From Proteromonas lacertae (Eukaryota): a stretch of 40,089 nt of DNA. The notes under the pieces were generated by a model. It had not been told where the DNA came from and searched no databases. It saw only the letters and a list, made by a program, of their open reading frames with translations. Positions 23,556-33,719 of the stretch are shown in pieces. Position 1 is the stretch's first letter; every line of letters starts with the position of its first letter. The position numbers and the translations under genes were made by a program. Location of the stretch: assembly GCA_002245135.1 (NCBI GenBank), contig NGBS01000316.1, positions 62,001 to 102,089 of the forward strand, given 5' to 3'.

Positions 23556-23968
23556 TTATTTTTATTATTATTATTATCTGTGTATGTTGATTTAGTTTTT
23601 AAAAACTTTTGTTCTTCTATATAACCAGGTTGATCACTATCCCAATGATAACCAATTATAGAATGCCATGCATCATTTGTCTTCATCTTAAACTCTAAAC
23701 GAAGATATGTTTCTTCTAATGATGTTATTACATTTGAATCAATAAAATGTCTTTCATCATTCACAGTTCTACAGATTTGTAACTTCTTCCAAGCCTTTCT
23801 CACTATTTCTCTAACAGCTTCTCTCTTAAAAACTGATTGATATTCCCAAAAATCATAATAATTACTAGCTTCACAAAGCAAGTTATCTACCTGATTAAGC
23901 ATTTCATCAAATTGCTCTTTTGTACATACACTTATAAAATACTTGTATTTTTTATCGAAAATATACAT
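23552..23968 (-). CDS. Viral hypothetical protein (138 aa)
   Basis: ATG at 23968. Its stop overlaps the protease stop in a shared TTAA (23552-23555). Confidence 0.65.
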   Translation of the reverse strand: MYIFDKKYKYFISVCTKEQFDEMLNQVDNLLCEASNYYDFWEYQSVFKREAVREIVRKAWKKLQICRTVNDERHFIDSNVITSLEETYLRLEFKMKTNDAWHSIIGYHWDSDQPGYIEEQKFLKTKSTYTDNNNNKNN

Positions 23969-23995
23969 TTTCACTTTTTGTCCGGAAAAATGAAA

Positions 23996-26140
23996 CTAAA
24001 AATATTTTGATTTTTTATACATATAGCCGTTATGTAACAAATGTTTTCTTCTTCTCTTACCTGTACCATATAAATCAGTATGAGCTAATACATTATCTTG
24101 TTCAGTAGTAAATTCAGGATGATGTATATCATTATAAATATATACATATTTTTTAAGTGATCTATGTATAACAACAACAACTTTATCATTAAATTTACAT
24201 AGAAAAGGATAGTTATAATATTTATATACACCATCATTAGGCATATCTAATAAATAATTATTTATTTGAATTTGACATCGATCTAAAACATACCAGTCTT
24301 GACTATTTTCATAATAATTAGGTATGATACTTAATGTAGCACATACAATTTTCTTTTCTTCTTCAGTTTGTCCAGGTTGTTCACCCCAATTTATGTGATA
24401 TCTTTTTGGGAATAAAACATTACTATTTTTAGCTTCTTCATCATCTATTATATTAATCAAGGGACACATTAAATATAAATCTTCCTTAGCTTTACTTAAA
24501 TTACTATGAAAGAATCTTAATTGACATTCAGCATAAGTATTTATAGAATAATCATAACCATAAAATCTTAACATATTTGATTTCTTTTTTAATTTATCGA
24601 AGGGATATATTTCTGAATTTTTAATAGGCAATTGAATATTGAATTTATTTACATATGCTATAAAATTATCATAAGAAACATTATCTTTTAATATTACTAT
24701 CTTTTCATTTTTAAATTTGTTATTCATATAACCTTGAACATCATATATATAAGTTATCAAATGAAATAAATCTACTGCATAAATATGAAGTAGCTGTTCC
24801 AACGATAATTTTCTCACATTACTTTTATTAGTTATAAATGTATTAGGATCTTCATCATTAAATCTATATAAAACAAATGTAGGAGGTTTTAAATCAGTAC
24901 TTTTCGTAAAATTAATACTATTTTTACTATTTGGTTCATATTTTAAATTTTGAGAATCTAAACGAAATGGAACTTCATCATATACCCAATCTGTTTCAGA
25001 ATCAGTATCATTATTATTATCTACTGATGTAACAGGTTCATTTGGAGCTTCTGAATCTACTGGTGTAACAGGTTCAGTTGGGGCTTCTGAATCTACATCA
25101 TCATTATTTTGAAATATTGATGAATAAGGTACTTGTCTTGTAGTACCATCTAATCTAAAATGATTAACTGTATCTGGTGGAGCAGTCGGATGTGATGGTG
25201 GTGTTATTGGTGAATATACCGGTGATACCTCTCTTGGTATTTCATTATTATTACTATAATCACTTGAAACTAAAGGTGGTGGTATTGGTAAATCATTTTC
25301 ATCATAATTAAGTCTATATGTATCATCATCAATATCATCTTGTACTGATTGAGCTTGTTGTTGTTGTGGTGGTGGTGGTGGTGATGATGGTTGAGGTTGA
25401 GAGTGTTGTTGTTGTTGTGGAACAACAGGTTGTTGTACCACATTATTTCTAAAATTTACATTTACATTACCTCTATTAGGATTTGTAACTTGATATCTTC
25501 CATTATAATCTGCTGATAAAGCTTCTTCAACAGGTAATAATGGTGGAAAAGAACTGATATATTTTTTCTTTTGTGCTAATCTATTCATATAAAACATAAT
25601 TGCATCAGCATAATGATTTGTATCTCTTTGTCCTTCTTTTATATTATTTGATTCAAGTATTTTTTGAATTGTTGCTATGTAATTCATTCTATATCCATTA
25701 GAAGCAGATGATGGTAAACCCATTATATTTCTTTTGTCATAATCAGGAGGTTCAGGATATACATTACCATCTCTTAAACTAGGTATTTTATACTTACTAA
25801 TAAAAAATAATTCTGTAACACAATTATATATCAATACAGCTATAGAGAATGCTGTTCTTTCTTGTTGTGCAGTTATATACCAAAATTTCGTTTTCATTAA
25901 CTTATTAATAAATATTCTTATCTTATTAATTGTTACAGAACAATACACTTGAATCGTTTGTGAATGAATTGATCTATCTATTAAAGGTTGATTTTCATAA
26001 GGATCATCAGGTAAATCATCATCATCTTCCTCATCATCATTATTACTATCTTCATTATTATTTTGTTGTTGTTGTGAATGTGGTTGAATTGATTGATTCA
26101 TAATCGTTATTATCATATATATCTTTATCATCTTCTTCAT
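23996..26140 (-). CDS. Viral hypothetical protein (about 700 aa) with Q/P-rich linker and C-terminal LYGTG-KRRRK motif; may be fused to the upstream ORF
   Basis: Long ORF with two globular-looking regions. Start is uncertain (26140 or 26101, or a frameshift from 26058-26807). Confidence 0.75.
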   Translation of the reverse strand: MKKMIKIYMIITIMNQSIQPHSQQQQNNNEDSNNDDEEDDDDLPDDPYENQPLIDRSIHSQTIQVYCSVTINKIRIFINKLMKTKFWYITAQQERTAFSIAVLIYNCVTELFFISKYKIPSLRDGNVYPEPPDYDKRNIMGLPSSASNGYRMNYIATIQKILESNNIKEGQRDTNHYADAIMFYMNRLAQKKKYISSFPPLLPVEEALSADYNGRYQVTNPNRGNVNVNFRNNVVQQPVVPQQQQHSQPQPSSPPPPPQQQQAQSVQDDIDDDTYRLNYDENDLPIPPPLVSSDYSNNNEIPREVSPVYSPITPPSHPTAPPDTVNHFRLDGTTRQVPYSSIFQNNDDVDSEAPTEPVTPVDSEAPNEPVTSVDNNNDTDSETDWVYDEVPFRLDSQNLKYEPNSKNSINFTKSTDLKPPTFVLYRFNDEDPNTFITNKSNVRKLSLEQLLHIYAVDLFHLITYIYDVQGYMNNKFKNEKIVILKDNVSYDNFIAYVNKFNIQLPIKNSEIYPFDKLKKKSNMLRFYGYDYSINTYAECQLRFFHSNLSKAKEDLYLMCPLINIIDDEEAKNSNVLFPKRYHINWGEQPGQTEEEKKIVCATLSIIPNYYENSQDWYVLDRCQIQINNYLLDMPNDGVYKYYNYPFLCKFNDKVVVVIHRSLKKYVYIYNDIHHPEFTTEQDNVLAHTDLYGTGKRRRKHLLHNGYMYKKSKYF

Positions 26141-26789
26141 TAAAAGGTTGTGTATGATCTTTTGTTTCTTTTTGTATTTTTCTAATTCTTTTATTTTCTA
26201 ATTTAACAACATTCAATCTTTCTTTAGGATGAAGCACAACAAATGGATTATTTCTTAATATATAATTAGAAGCAATACATAATTCATCAATAGCTTTATT
26301 TAATCTATCAACAATTATTTTAACATCATTGTTTGTTTCATAGCTATATTGATATAATGATTTATTTCTTGAAAACGGTCCATGTTGATATAACGATTTA
26401 CACCAGTTAAATAACTTCATATGTACATCATATAAATTATAGATTCTATTAAACTCATGATCAGGCCATCCTACTGGTATAAGTCTCTTATCAATTATTT
26501 CATCTAATCTAAATCTTGTTAACTTTTTTGCATTATCATATATAATATCTTCATAATCTTCATTACTAAGATGTTCATCATTGCCTACAATACTTATATT
26601 ATCAGAATCAGTATTTTCTTCTGTTTCATCATCATCATCATCATTATTAGCATTAACAGAATTATTACTATTATTAATACCATTATTACTAGAATTGCTA
26701 CGACTGTTATTATTTGAGTTATCTACTGCTGTACCTTCATCATCATCAAAATTTAATAAATCTCTACGTATTCTATTACGATTGTTCAT
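26058..26789 (-). CDS. Viral hypothetical protein (N/D-rich N-terminus, helical domain)
   Basis: ORF 26058-26807 with first ATG at MNNRNR. Overlaps the next ORF in another frame. Confidence 0.7.
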   Translation of the reverse strand: MNNRNRIRRDLLNFDDDEGTAVDNSNNNSRSNSSNNGINNSNNSVNANNDDDDDETEENTDSDNISIVGNDEHLSNEDYEDIIYDNAKKLTRFRLDEIIDKRLIPVGWPDHEFNRIYNLYDVHMKLFNWCKSLYQHGPFSRNKSLYQYSYETNNDVKIIVDRLNKAIDELCIASNYILRNNPFVVLHPKERLNVVKLENKRIRKIQKETKDHTQPFNEEDDKDIYDNNDYESINSTTFTTTTK

Positions 26790-26841
26790 TATGTGAGAAA
26801 AAATCAATTAACTTTTTATTTGAATAATTCTTATACATATA

Positions 26842-27810
26842 ATGCAACCTAAGAGTGATACTAATAAATTAGGTCATAGAAGAGCAATTTTTTTATCATC
26901 AACTGATATTATTGAAAGAGAGTCAGATGTATATACAAAGTGTTTATCAACACCTGTTATAACTGAAGAATATCAGTATATTACGTTAAACATAGCAAGA
27001 ATATCAAACAATAACATATACACTATTCAAAATGATGTTAATGAAAAAGTATGTTTTGATATAGAATATTTTCATGTAAATGATCCTATAAAACCCTTAA
27101 ATGATCCAAGCGTAATATTAAGCGGACCAAAATTAAATACATTAGAGATAAAGATACCACAAAATCATTATAGTGGTGAAGAGTTTTTAAATTATTTAAC
27201 AAAGAGTATGTTAACTGAATTAAAATTTACTACACTAGTACGTAAAGATATTTTACCTGTAAAAGAAAAAGATGAAGATGAAAGTTTTAATTATTTCTTA
27301 CATCCTCAAGCTGGAGATAAGATATTTGACTGGTATGATAAGACTACGAATAGATTAAAATTATATTGTGCAATATATACTCACTTTGGTAATTATATAC
27401 TAACAAAAATAAAAATGCGAATGCCTAACCTATTTGGTAGGTTATTAGGTAGTAATGTAATAGATGACGAATTAATTATATTAGATAGTAATCCATCGCA
27501 TAGTTGGGGTACAAAAGAACAATACTATGATCATAAATTTTTATTAACACCATCACTTATATGGTGTAATGTAATACAAGTTAGATGTAGTTGGGTTAAT
27601 AATGGTGAGAATTCAGCTGTTTTAGCAAACATACCTATAACTGATATATCAAACACAAATATAACATGGGTTAATCCACAAATAGATTGGTCAACTAAAA
27701 AGATGCAATTTCATGATTATCAAAAAATAAAGTTCAATCTATCAAATGAAGATGGTTATGCTATAGATTTAACTAATATATCATTTCAATTTGAGATAAT
27801 AGTTTATTAA
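26842..27810 (+). CDS. Minor capsid (penton) protein, single jelly-roll
   Basis: IPQNHYS..EF, RLLG, IQVRCS, VLANIPI and IKFNLSNEDGYAIDL..F.FEI match the Polinton/PLV penton pattern. Lies directly upstream of the MCP. Confidence 0.82.
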   Translation: MQPKSDTNKLGHRRAIFLSSTDIIERESDVYTKCLSTPVITEEYQYITLNIARISNNNIYTIQNDVNEKVCFDIEYFHVNDPIKPLNDPSVILSGPKLNTLEIKIPQNHYSGEEFLNYLTKSMLTELKFTTLVRKDILPVKEKDEDESFNYFLHPQAGDKIFDWYDKTTNRLKLYCAIYTHFGNYILTKIKMRMPNLFGRLLGSNVIDDELIILDSNPSHSWGTKEQYYDHKFLLTPSLIWCNVIQVRCSWVNNGENSAVLANIPITDISNTNITWVNPQIDWSTKKMQFHDYQKIKFNLSNEDGYAIDLTNISFQFEIIVY

Positions 27811-27872
27811 ATACTTATATAATTTTTAATTTTTGATTGTATTACCATTTTTCTTACCAAAATTAAATATAT

Positions 27873-29402
27873 ATGAATAATATAACAACTGTACCACAAT
27901 CTCAAATTCATAACAGTGTTGTACCAACATTAATACCTGATTATGTCTACATTCCTATTACACCTAACCAAACAAGAGATGTAGTTGTTTTAAGTCAAAC
28001 ATCATCAACTGATACAATAACTTTTGAATTATCACCAGATAGTTGTATGAATTTATCAAAATCTTATCTCGATTTTGATTTAATAATCGATCCTCATATA
28101 GTATCTGCAAATCCTGGTAATCCTGCTGCAGCTGGTAATGCATATACTATAGCAGGACGAGCAGCAGCAGCATTACCAGGTCCTGCAGTAGGTGAAACTC
28201 ATGCTTTAAGATTAAGAAACACAATGAATTTTAATTCAATTAAAGTATACAACAAAACAGGAACAGTATTATGCGATTTAGATAACAGCTATAATGAATA
28301 TAGAGACTTAATGCATGAATTATCTTATCATTGTCCAGATGATGTGAAAGGTATTAAATATTATGATGATACATTTGATGGATGTCATGTAGCAAAAGAT
28401 AAAGCAAATGGTCAATATGAAGTAATAGATCCATTATTATTACATTATACTCCTGGTAATAGAACAAGATCTAGATGTGGTCTTAAAGAAGAACATTATA
28501 TGGAAGTGATAGATCCTGTAGGAGGTGCACCAATGGTTGATATAAGAATAAAAAGGCATTGCCGATTTCATTTTGCTGATTTATTTAATACAATTTTATC
28601 ATGCAAAAGTGATATTTATTTTGGTGAAACAATTTATATTTCAATAACATTTGCAGGAATTAATTCATGGATATTATATAAGCATAAATTAATTGCACAA
28701 ACAGCTGAGGCTGATCATGATGGAGAAAGCTATTATGATGAATGGACAAGATTTATTGAAATGAATATAATAAATCCAAAATTATATGTTGCATATAATA
28801 AAAGTCCACAATGTAATGCAAATACAATTAATTATGTTACTCATCATGGTATAGATTTTACTGATTTCAATATAGTTCAGTTAGTAAAAGATACTATTAC
28901 AGGTGATCCTAATTTTAGCTATAATTTTACTATTAATAGTAGTTTAGGTCCTTATGTGAAATATATATTATATAGAGTTTATATGAATAATGTTGCAACT
29001 AGAACACCTTTACCTTTTAAGTTTGCTGATGATAGAGTTAAATGGCAAATAAATGATACACCATGTACACCAGATTATTTAAATATAACTAAATATGAAA
29101 CATTTGAAAAATTATATCCTATAATTAGAGGAACATATTTTGAGAGATGTCATCAAGAAATTGATTGGTATGAAAGATTTTTTGATATATTAAATTTCGG
29201 AAGTGATTCATTAACTGATATAAAATCAAGAGCAGGTAGAGATTTAAGTAAAGATTTAAAAATTACTTTTGAAGCAAGAAATCATGTTTTTGATACAAAT
29301 AATACTGCTCATCATGCAGTAATGACATATCATCACAAGTTCTACATTATAACAGGTAAGATGTTAATCATCTCAGCTAGAGGAGTAGAGAAGGTGATTT
29401 AA
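27873..29402 (+). CDS. Major capsid protein, double jelly-roll (divergent)
   Basis: 509 aa, beta-rich. N-terminal TITFELSPDSCMNLSKSYLDFDL and FNSIKVYNKTGTVLCDL patterns. Sits between penton and ATPase. Confidence 0.82.
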   Translation: MNNITTVPQSQIHNSVVPTLIPDYVYIPITPNQTRDVVVLSQTSSTDTITFELSPDSCMNLSKSYLDFDLIIDPHIVSANPGNPAAAGNAYTIAGRAAAALPGPAVGETHALRLRNTMNFNSIKVYNKTGTVLCDLDNSYNEYRDLMHELSYHCPDDVKGIKYYDDTFDGCHVAKDKANGQYEVIDPLLLHYTPGNRTRSRCGLKEEHYMEVIDPVGGAPMVDIRIKRHCRFHFADLFNTILSCKSDIYFGETIYISITFAGINSWILYKHKLIAQTAEADHDGESYYDEWTRFIEMNIINPKLYVAYNKSPQCNANTINYVTHHGIDFTDFNIVQLVKDTITGDPNFSYNFTINSSLGPYVKYILYRVYMNNVATRTPLPFKFADDRVKWQINDTPCTPDYLNITKYETFEKLYPIIRGTYFERCHQEIDWYERFFDILNFGSDSLTDIKSRAGRDLSKDLKITFEARNHVFDTNNTAHHAVMTYHHKFYIITGKMLIISARGVEKVI

Positions 29403-29455
29403 AAATTATGATTTTAATTACAATTTAATATTTCTATTGCTATTATTACTTTATT

Positions 29456-30217
29456 ATGTTTAAGTTTGAAAAAATAAATAACATAAGGGTTGAACCTGTA
29501 GATGGTGGTGAAAAATTCAATCCTAAGAAGATAGTTGGTTATGATTATTTCAATGAGCCATTTTGTAACATTTTTATAGTTGCTCGTAAAAATAGTGGTA
29601 AGACTACTCTCATCTATAATATATTAAGACATGTTTTGGATCCAAGATATAAAGAAAAACAACATGTTCACTTCTTTGTGGGAACTATCAAACAAGACAA
29701 GTTATATGATTCAATCAAAGAATTACTCGATTATCACGAAATTGATTATGATGAAAATGATTCACTCATTGATCCAGAGTCAGGTGAGAATGTGGTAGAG
29801 AGAATGATGAAAGAAATAAATGATGTTGATAAAGATAATTATTCTTATGCTGAGCATATTATGATCTTTGATGATCTTAGTTTAGAATTAAAAACATCAA
29901 CAATAATACCTGTACTGATGAAAGAAAATAGACATTTAAAATCAAAAATTATTATTAGTAGTCAATATATAACAGATATAGTACCAGCAGCTAGATCACA
30001 AGTTGATTATTGTCTTACATTTTATGGGTTAAGTAATAGAAATCTATTTGATTTATACAACTCATTAAATATATGGATCCCTGAGTATGAAACATTTAAA
30101 AAATTATATCTTGCAGTCACTAAACCACAATTCAATTTTTTATATATTGATAATGTTAAAAAAGTCTTTAGAGCAAATTTTAATATTATGATTGAAGATC
30201 ATTCTGAAGTTTCTTAA
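29456..30217 (+). CDS. A32-like FtsK/HerA genome packaging ATPase
   Basis: Walker A ARKNSGKTT, Walker B IMIFDD, NRH..IIISSQ, ARSQVDY, FLYID. Confidence 0.93.
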   Translation: MFKFEKINNIRVEPVDGGEKFNPKKIVGYDYFNEPFCNIFIVARKNSGKTTLIYNILRHVLDPRYKEKQHVHFFVGTIKQDKLYDSIKELLDYHEIDYDENDSLIDPESGENVVERMMKEINDVDKDNYSYAEHIMIFDDLSLELKTSTIIPVLMKENRHLKSKIIISSQYITDIVPAARSQVDYCLTFYGLSNRNLFDLYNSLNIWIPEYETFKKLYLAVTKPQFNFLYIDNVKKVFRANFNIMIEDHSEVS

Positions 30218-30272
30218 ATAATATTTTTATAAATATATATATATATATATATATATTCATTAATAAAAAATA

Positions 30273-30944
30273 ATGTTTATTGGGGATAGAAATAAAGTTG
30301 ATGTATTAGATGAAGATAAATTAATAGATGATATTACAAATAATATTACAGATAAATTAGATGAAGTGAAAGATCAAATTCTAACAGTATGTAATACAAT
30401 AAATAGTGTAGTAAATAATATACCTCGTACTATAATACCAAGACCTTATTGTTTGCATAAACAACATACATTTTATTCTATGAAAAGAAAATATTTAGTT
30501 AATGGATCACCTGTATGGGATACTAAAATTACTAAAATACCAATCAAAATAGAGATGTTTGAGCATTTTATGAAGATTAAATTATATGATGGTTTTACAT
30601 GTAATTATAGTGGATATATAGGTCATCAATTATATTTAGATGAAGATGATATCATCAAAGCTGAACCTGGTAGAGATGAATATTTACAACGTTATTATAA
30701 TATACTACTAGGATTATACTCTAATAAATTATTCCCCATTAGAGCAACAAATGTTAAAGATACTTATCATACATTAACTAATAGACCTTATTATGAGATA
30801 AAACATACATTAGTTAATAATAATAATAATCAACCTACATTATGTATTGTAGCTGATCAATACCCTAATCAAGAATATCTTGCAATACCAAGACAGACAT
30901 TCTTCACAGATTATATGAACACAGGTATTACAGAATTCTTTTAA
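30273..30944 (+). CDS. Putative fibre/spike-like protein 1
   Basis: MFIGDRN N-terminus, heptad-like stalk and beta-rich C-domain shared with the next gene. Function is inferred. Confidence 0.55.
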   Translation: MFIGDRNKVDVLDEDKLIDDITNNITDKLDEVKDQILTVCNTINSVVNNIPRTIIPRPYCLHKQHTFYSMKRKYLVNGSPVWDTKITKIPIKIEMFEHFMKIKLYDGFTCNYSGYIGHQLYLDEDDIIKAEPGRDEYLQRYYNILLGLYSNKLFPIRATNVKDTYHTLTNRPYYEIKHTLVNNNNNQPTLCIVADQYPNQEYLAIPRQTFFTDYMNTGITEFF

Positions 30945-31044
30945 TATAATAATAATAATAATAATAATAATACGTATATATAAATCAGTTTTAAATTTCT
31001 TGATGAATTTAATAGATTTTATATTTTTTATAATATATAAAATT

Positions 31045-31929
31045 ATGTTTATTGGTGATAGAAATAATAATACATTAGATATTGATACAAAAGAGATTGC
31101 AAGTGAGATATCAAAAAATGTTAGTGTTAATATAGATATTCAAACATTATCAGATTCTATATCACAAAAGATTCAAATACCAACACCTAATATAACTGTA
31201 GATAGTAATAGTATATCAACCTATATAAATCAACCAATAAATGATAATACTGATACTAAAACAAAAGCAATAAAAGATGAAGTAGATCAAATTTATAATG
31301 AAGTTGATACAATAAGAAATATTGAAAGAGTTGTAGGTTGTAATGATTATAATACTGATGAAGAATTATATATGACTCAAGGTTTTGGTAAATATGATTC
31401 AATTTATAATCATCTTAAATTAATAAATATATATAACCCACAACCTTATAGTATTCAAATTACTACATGGACTGTAAAAGTTACTAGAACAGATAATACA
31501 TCATCAATTATAGATCAGATACCTATTAAAGTTACAATATTCATGAATTCTATAAGAATCAAAATTTATAATACACATCAATTAATTTATAATGATAGAT
31601 CAGATATAAAACAAATTGATATTTATCTAGATGATAATCATTTATTATCAAAATTATATAGTAATCAATCTGTATTAACTGATTTTTATAATAAGCTTAT
31701 TGAAAAATACCCTAATGATGGTAGTAATTGTATAGTATTCCCATTACAAGTTTATAATAATTCTCAATACCCATCAGAATACATACCAACACATTTTATA
31801 TTAATAAATGATAATAAACCTAATCTACATTTACAAAGTGATAGTATTGAAGGTTATCAAAAACAATGTATATTACCTGGTGTTATTGAAACTATGTATA
31901 TTGATTACAGTATTATCAATCCTTTATAA
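31045..31929 (+). CDS. Putative fibre/spike-like protein 2, paralog of 30273-30944
   Basis: ATG at 31045 gives the identical MFIGDRN. QPY..IPIKVTIFMNSIRIKIY matches RPY..IPIKIEMFEHFMKIKLY. Confidence 0.55.
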   Translation: MFIGDRNNNTLDIDTKEIASEISKNVSVNIDIQTLSDSISQKIQIPTPNITVDSNSISTYINQPINDNTDTKTKAIKDEVDQIYNEVDTIRNIERVVGCNDYNTDEELYMTQGFGKYDSIYNHLKLINIYNPQPYSIQITTWTVKVTRTDNTSSIIDQIPIKVTIFMNSIRIKIYNTHQLIYNDRSDIKQIDIYLDDNHLLSKLYSNQSVLTDFYNKLIEKYPNDGSNCIVFPLQVYNNSQYPSEYIPTHFILINDNKPNLHLQSDSIEGYQKQCILPGVIETMYIDYSIINPL

Positions 31930-32103
31930 TATACTATTTATTACATCATCAATATCTTTTAGTATAATTTTAGTATATTTTTAGTGAATTATAAACACCT
32001 TTTATTAATTTTAGTGAAATCCCACCATGTATTATAAAATATTTATCCCATCATCCTTTATATCCCTACCAGTAAAACCAGTAGAACTTAGAATAACATA
32101 GCT

Positions 32104-32156
32104 TGTAGCGACCTGTTCTACCCCTGCCGTGGCTACTGTAGAGAAAGACTATAGAT
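32104..32156 (-). repeat. Right subterminal imperfect inverted repeat
   Basis: Reverse-complement match to 11209-11262. Confidence 0.9.
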
Positions 32157-32232
32157 CAATATTTTACTATTAATCCATCAGTAATTAATATTTCAAATTT
32201 TTTAATTTGTTTCCTCAATATTTTAAACATTT

Positions 32233-32286
32233 TGGATATTTTGGGTATAGGAACACTAAATATCCTGTTTATTCATATCCTCTATA
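32233..32286 (-). repeat. Right terminal inverted repeat (54 bp)
   Basis: Exact reverse complement of 11098-11151. Confidence 0.97.
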
Positions 32287-32292
32287 ATATAT
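32287..32292. repeat. Right target-site duplication ATATAT
   Basis: Matches 11092-11097. Confidence 0.75.
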
Positions 32293-33616
32293 ATCACTCT
32301 GCTTTTTGTTTGAGCGTTTATGCTTGTAATGAATTTTGCAATGGACACGGAACATGTGAAGCCAATGATAAGTGTCAGTGCTATTTTGGATGGGGTGGAG
32401 CAGATTGCTCATTACGTATATCTATTAAATTTTATTAATAGGTGCTTGTCCTTATGGAGAGGCTTTTGTAGATTTAGCTTTAGGTGATTTAAATCATGAT
32501 GGTGAAGTGACGACTGATGTTGTAAAGACTGAATGGTTCCCAGATGTAGGAAGAAGTGAACTACACACAGGTGACTATAAACATAGATATGCTGAATGCT
32601 CAAATGCTGGTTTATGTAATAGAGAGACAGGTGATTGCGAATGTTTCCCAGGTTATGAAGGTTCTTCTTGTCAAAGAATGTCATGTGCTACAGCTGTTGA
32701 AGGAAATCCTTGTTCTGGACATGGTGTTTGTCTTCCAAGTGAAATAAAAGCAGGAGAGTTATGTGGATGGGAATTAAAAAAGACATTATATTGTAGATGT
32801 GATGAAGGTTGGACTGGATTTGATTGTAATGAGAGAGTTTGTCCTAAAGGTTTAGATCCATTGAGTAGTAGTGATAAAGGTAAATCTGTTATGCAATATA
32901 GATTCACATTACCACATAATCATACACTTGCTCGTAATTTATATACAATGATTCCTTCAGATATAATGGATCATTATTATGAAGTTACTTTTGGTGATGT
33001 AACTTATACTACTCCAGTTATTTCAAAAGTTCGTCGTGCTACAATTTGTAATAACGAGAAATCAACTGATCCAACTTATAAATCAAATGCTATTAGATAT
33101 CAAAATGAAATTAAAAATGCAATTAAAACTATTCCACCATTAAGTCAATCTACTGTTACTATTCAATGTGAAATGAGTGAATTAGGACCTACAGGTACAC
33201 CTAGACCTACAGGTTATGATCAAAATTTAAATAAATTAGCTGTTACTATCAATGTAGAATATACTGATTATGATTTATTTCAAAAATCACAGTTTACATT
33301 AGTTGAAATGAATGAAGATAAAGATGATTGTAATGAATTTAATAGTCCAAGTCCAGTTGGTACTGTTTCTCCATCAACAGTTGTTCATCCATTTAATTCA
33401 ACTACTGATAATACACCAACTTGTATTCCTAAAGCTGCTGGTGCTAATATCGATTATAACTATTATTATACTTCAGTTGAGAAAGTATTTAAATCTGGAC
33501 TAACTCAAACACCATGTGCATCTAGAGGTAAGTGTAATATCAATACTGGATTATGTGAATGTTTTACAGGATATTTCGGAGCAGCATGTGAAAACTCATT
33601 ATCTATAGCTGTATAA
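32293..33616 (+). CDS. EGF-like/tenascin-repeat mastigoneme-like protein (Sig1/Ocm-type); start codon missing at the element boundary; intron 32416-32441
   Basis: [79 protein letters not shown] and a C-terminal [19 protein letters not shown]. Confidence 0.8.
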
Positions 33617-33719
33617 AACACAATAATTATATATTATATATTATTTTGTTTTTATTGAATAACAAAATCAATAATAATAATATTTACATTAAATAAACAA
33701 AGAGGAATAAACTTATTTA

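Larger units (their letters stand above)
11098..32286. mobile_element. Endogenous Polinton-like/virophage-like dsDNA virus (about 21.2 kb) with rve integrase, no recognisable polymerase
   Basis: Perfect TIRs, 6-bp TSD, and an integrase + protease + minor capsid + major capsid + ATPase gene set. Gene-dense and almost intronless, unlike the flanks. Confidence 0.93.

Noticed and set aside
30233..30256. (AT)n and nearby (AAT)n microsatellites as insertion scars
   Set aside because: Ordinary simple repeats in AT-rich intergenic DNA.
32232..32292. TIR supplying an N-terminus (MDILGIG...) to the EGF gene
   Set aside because: The ORF starts at TTG with no in-frame ATG, so the open frame through the TIR is probably coincidental.
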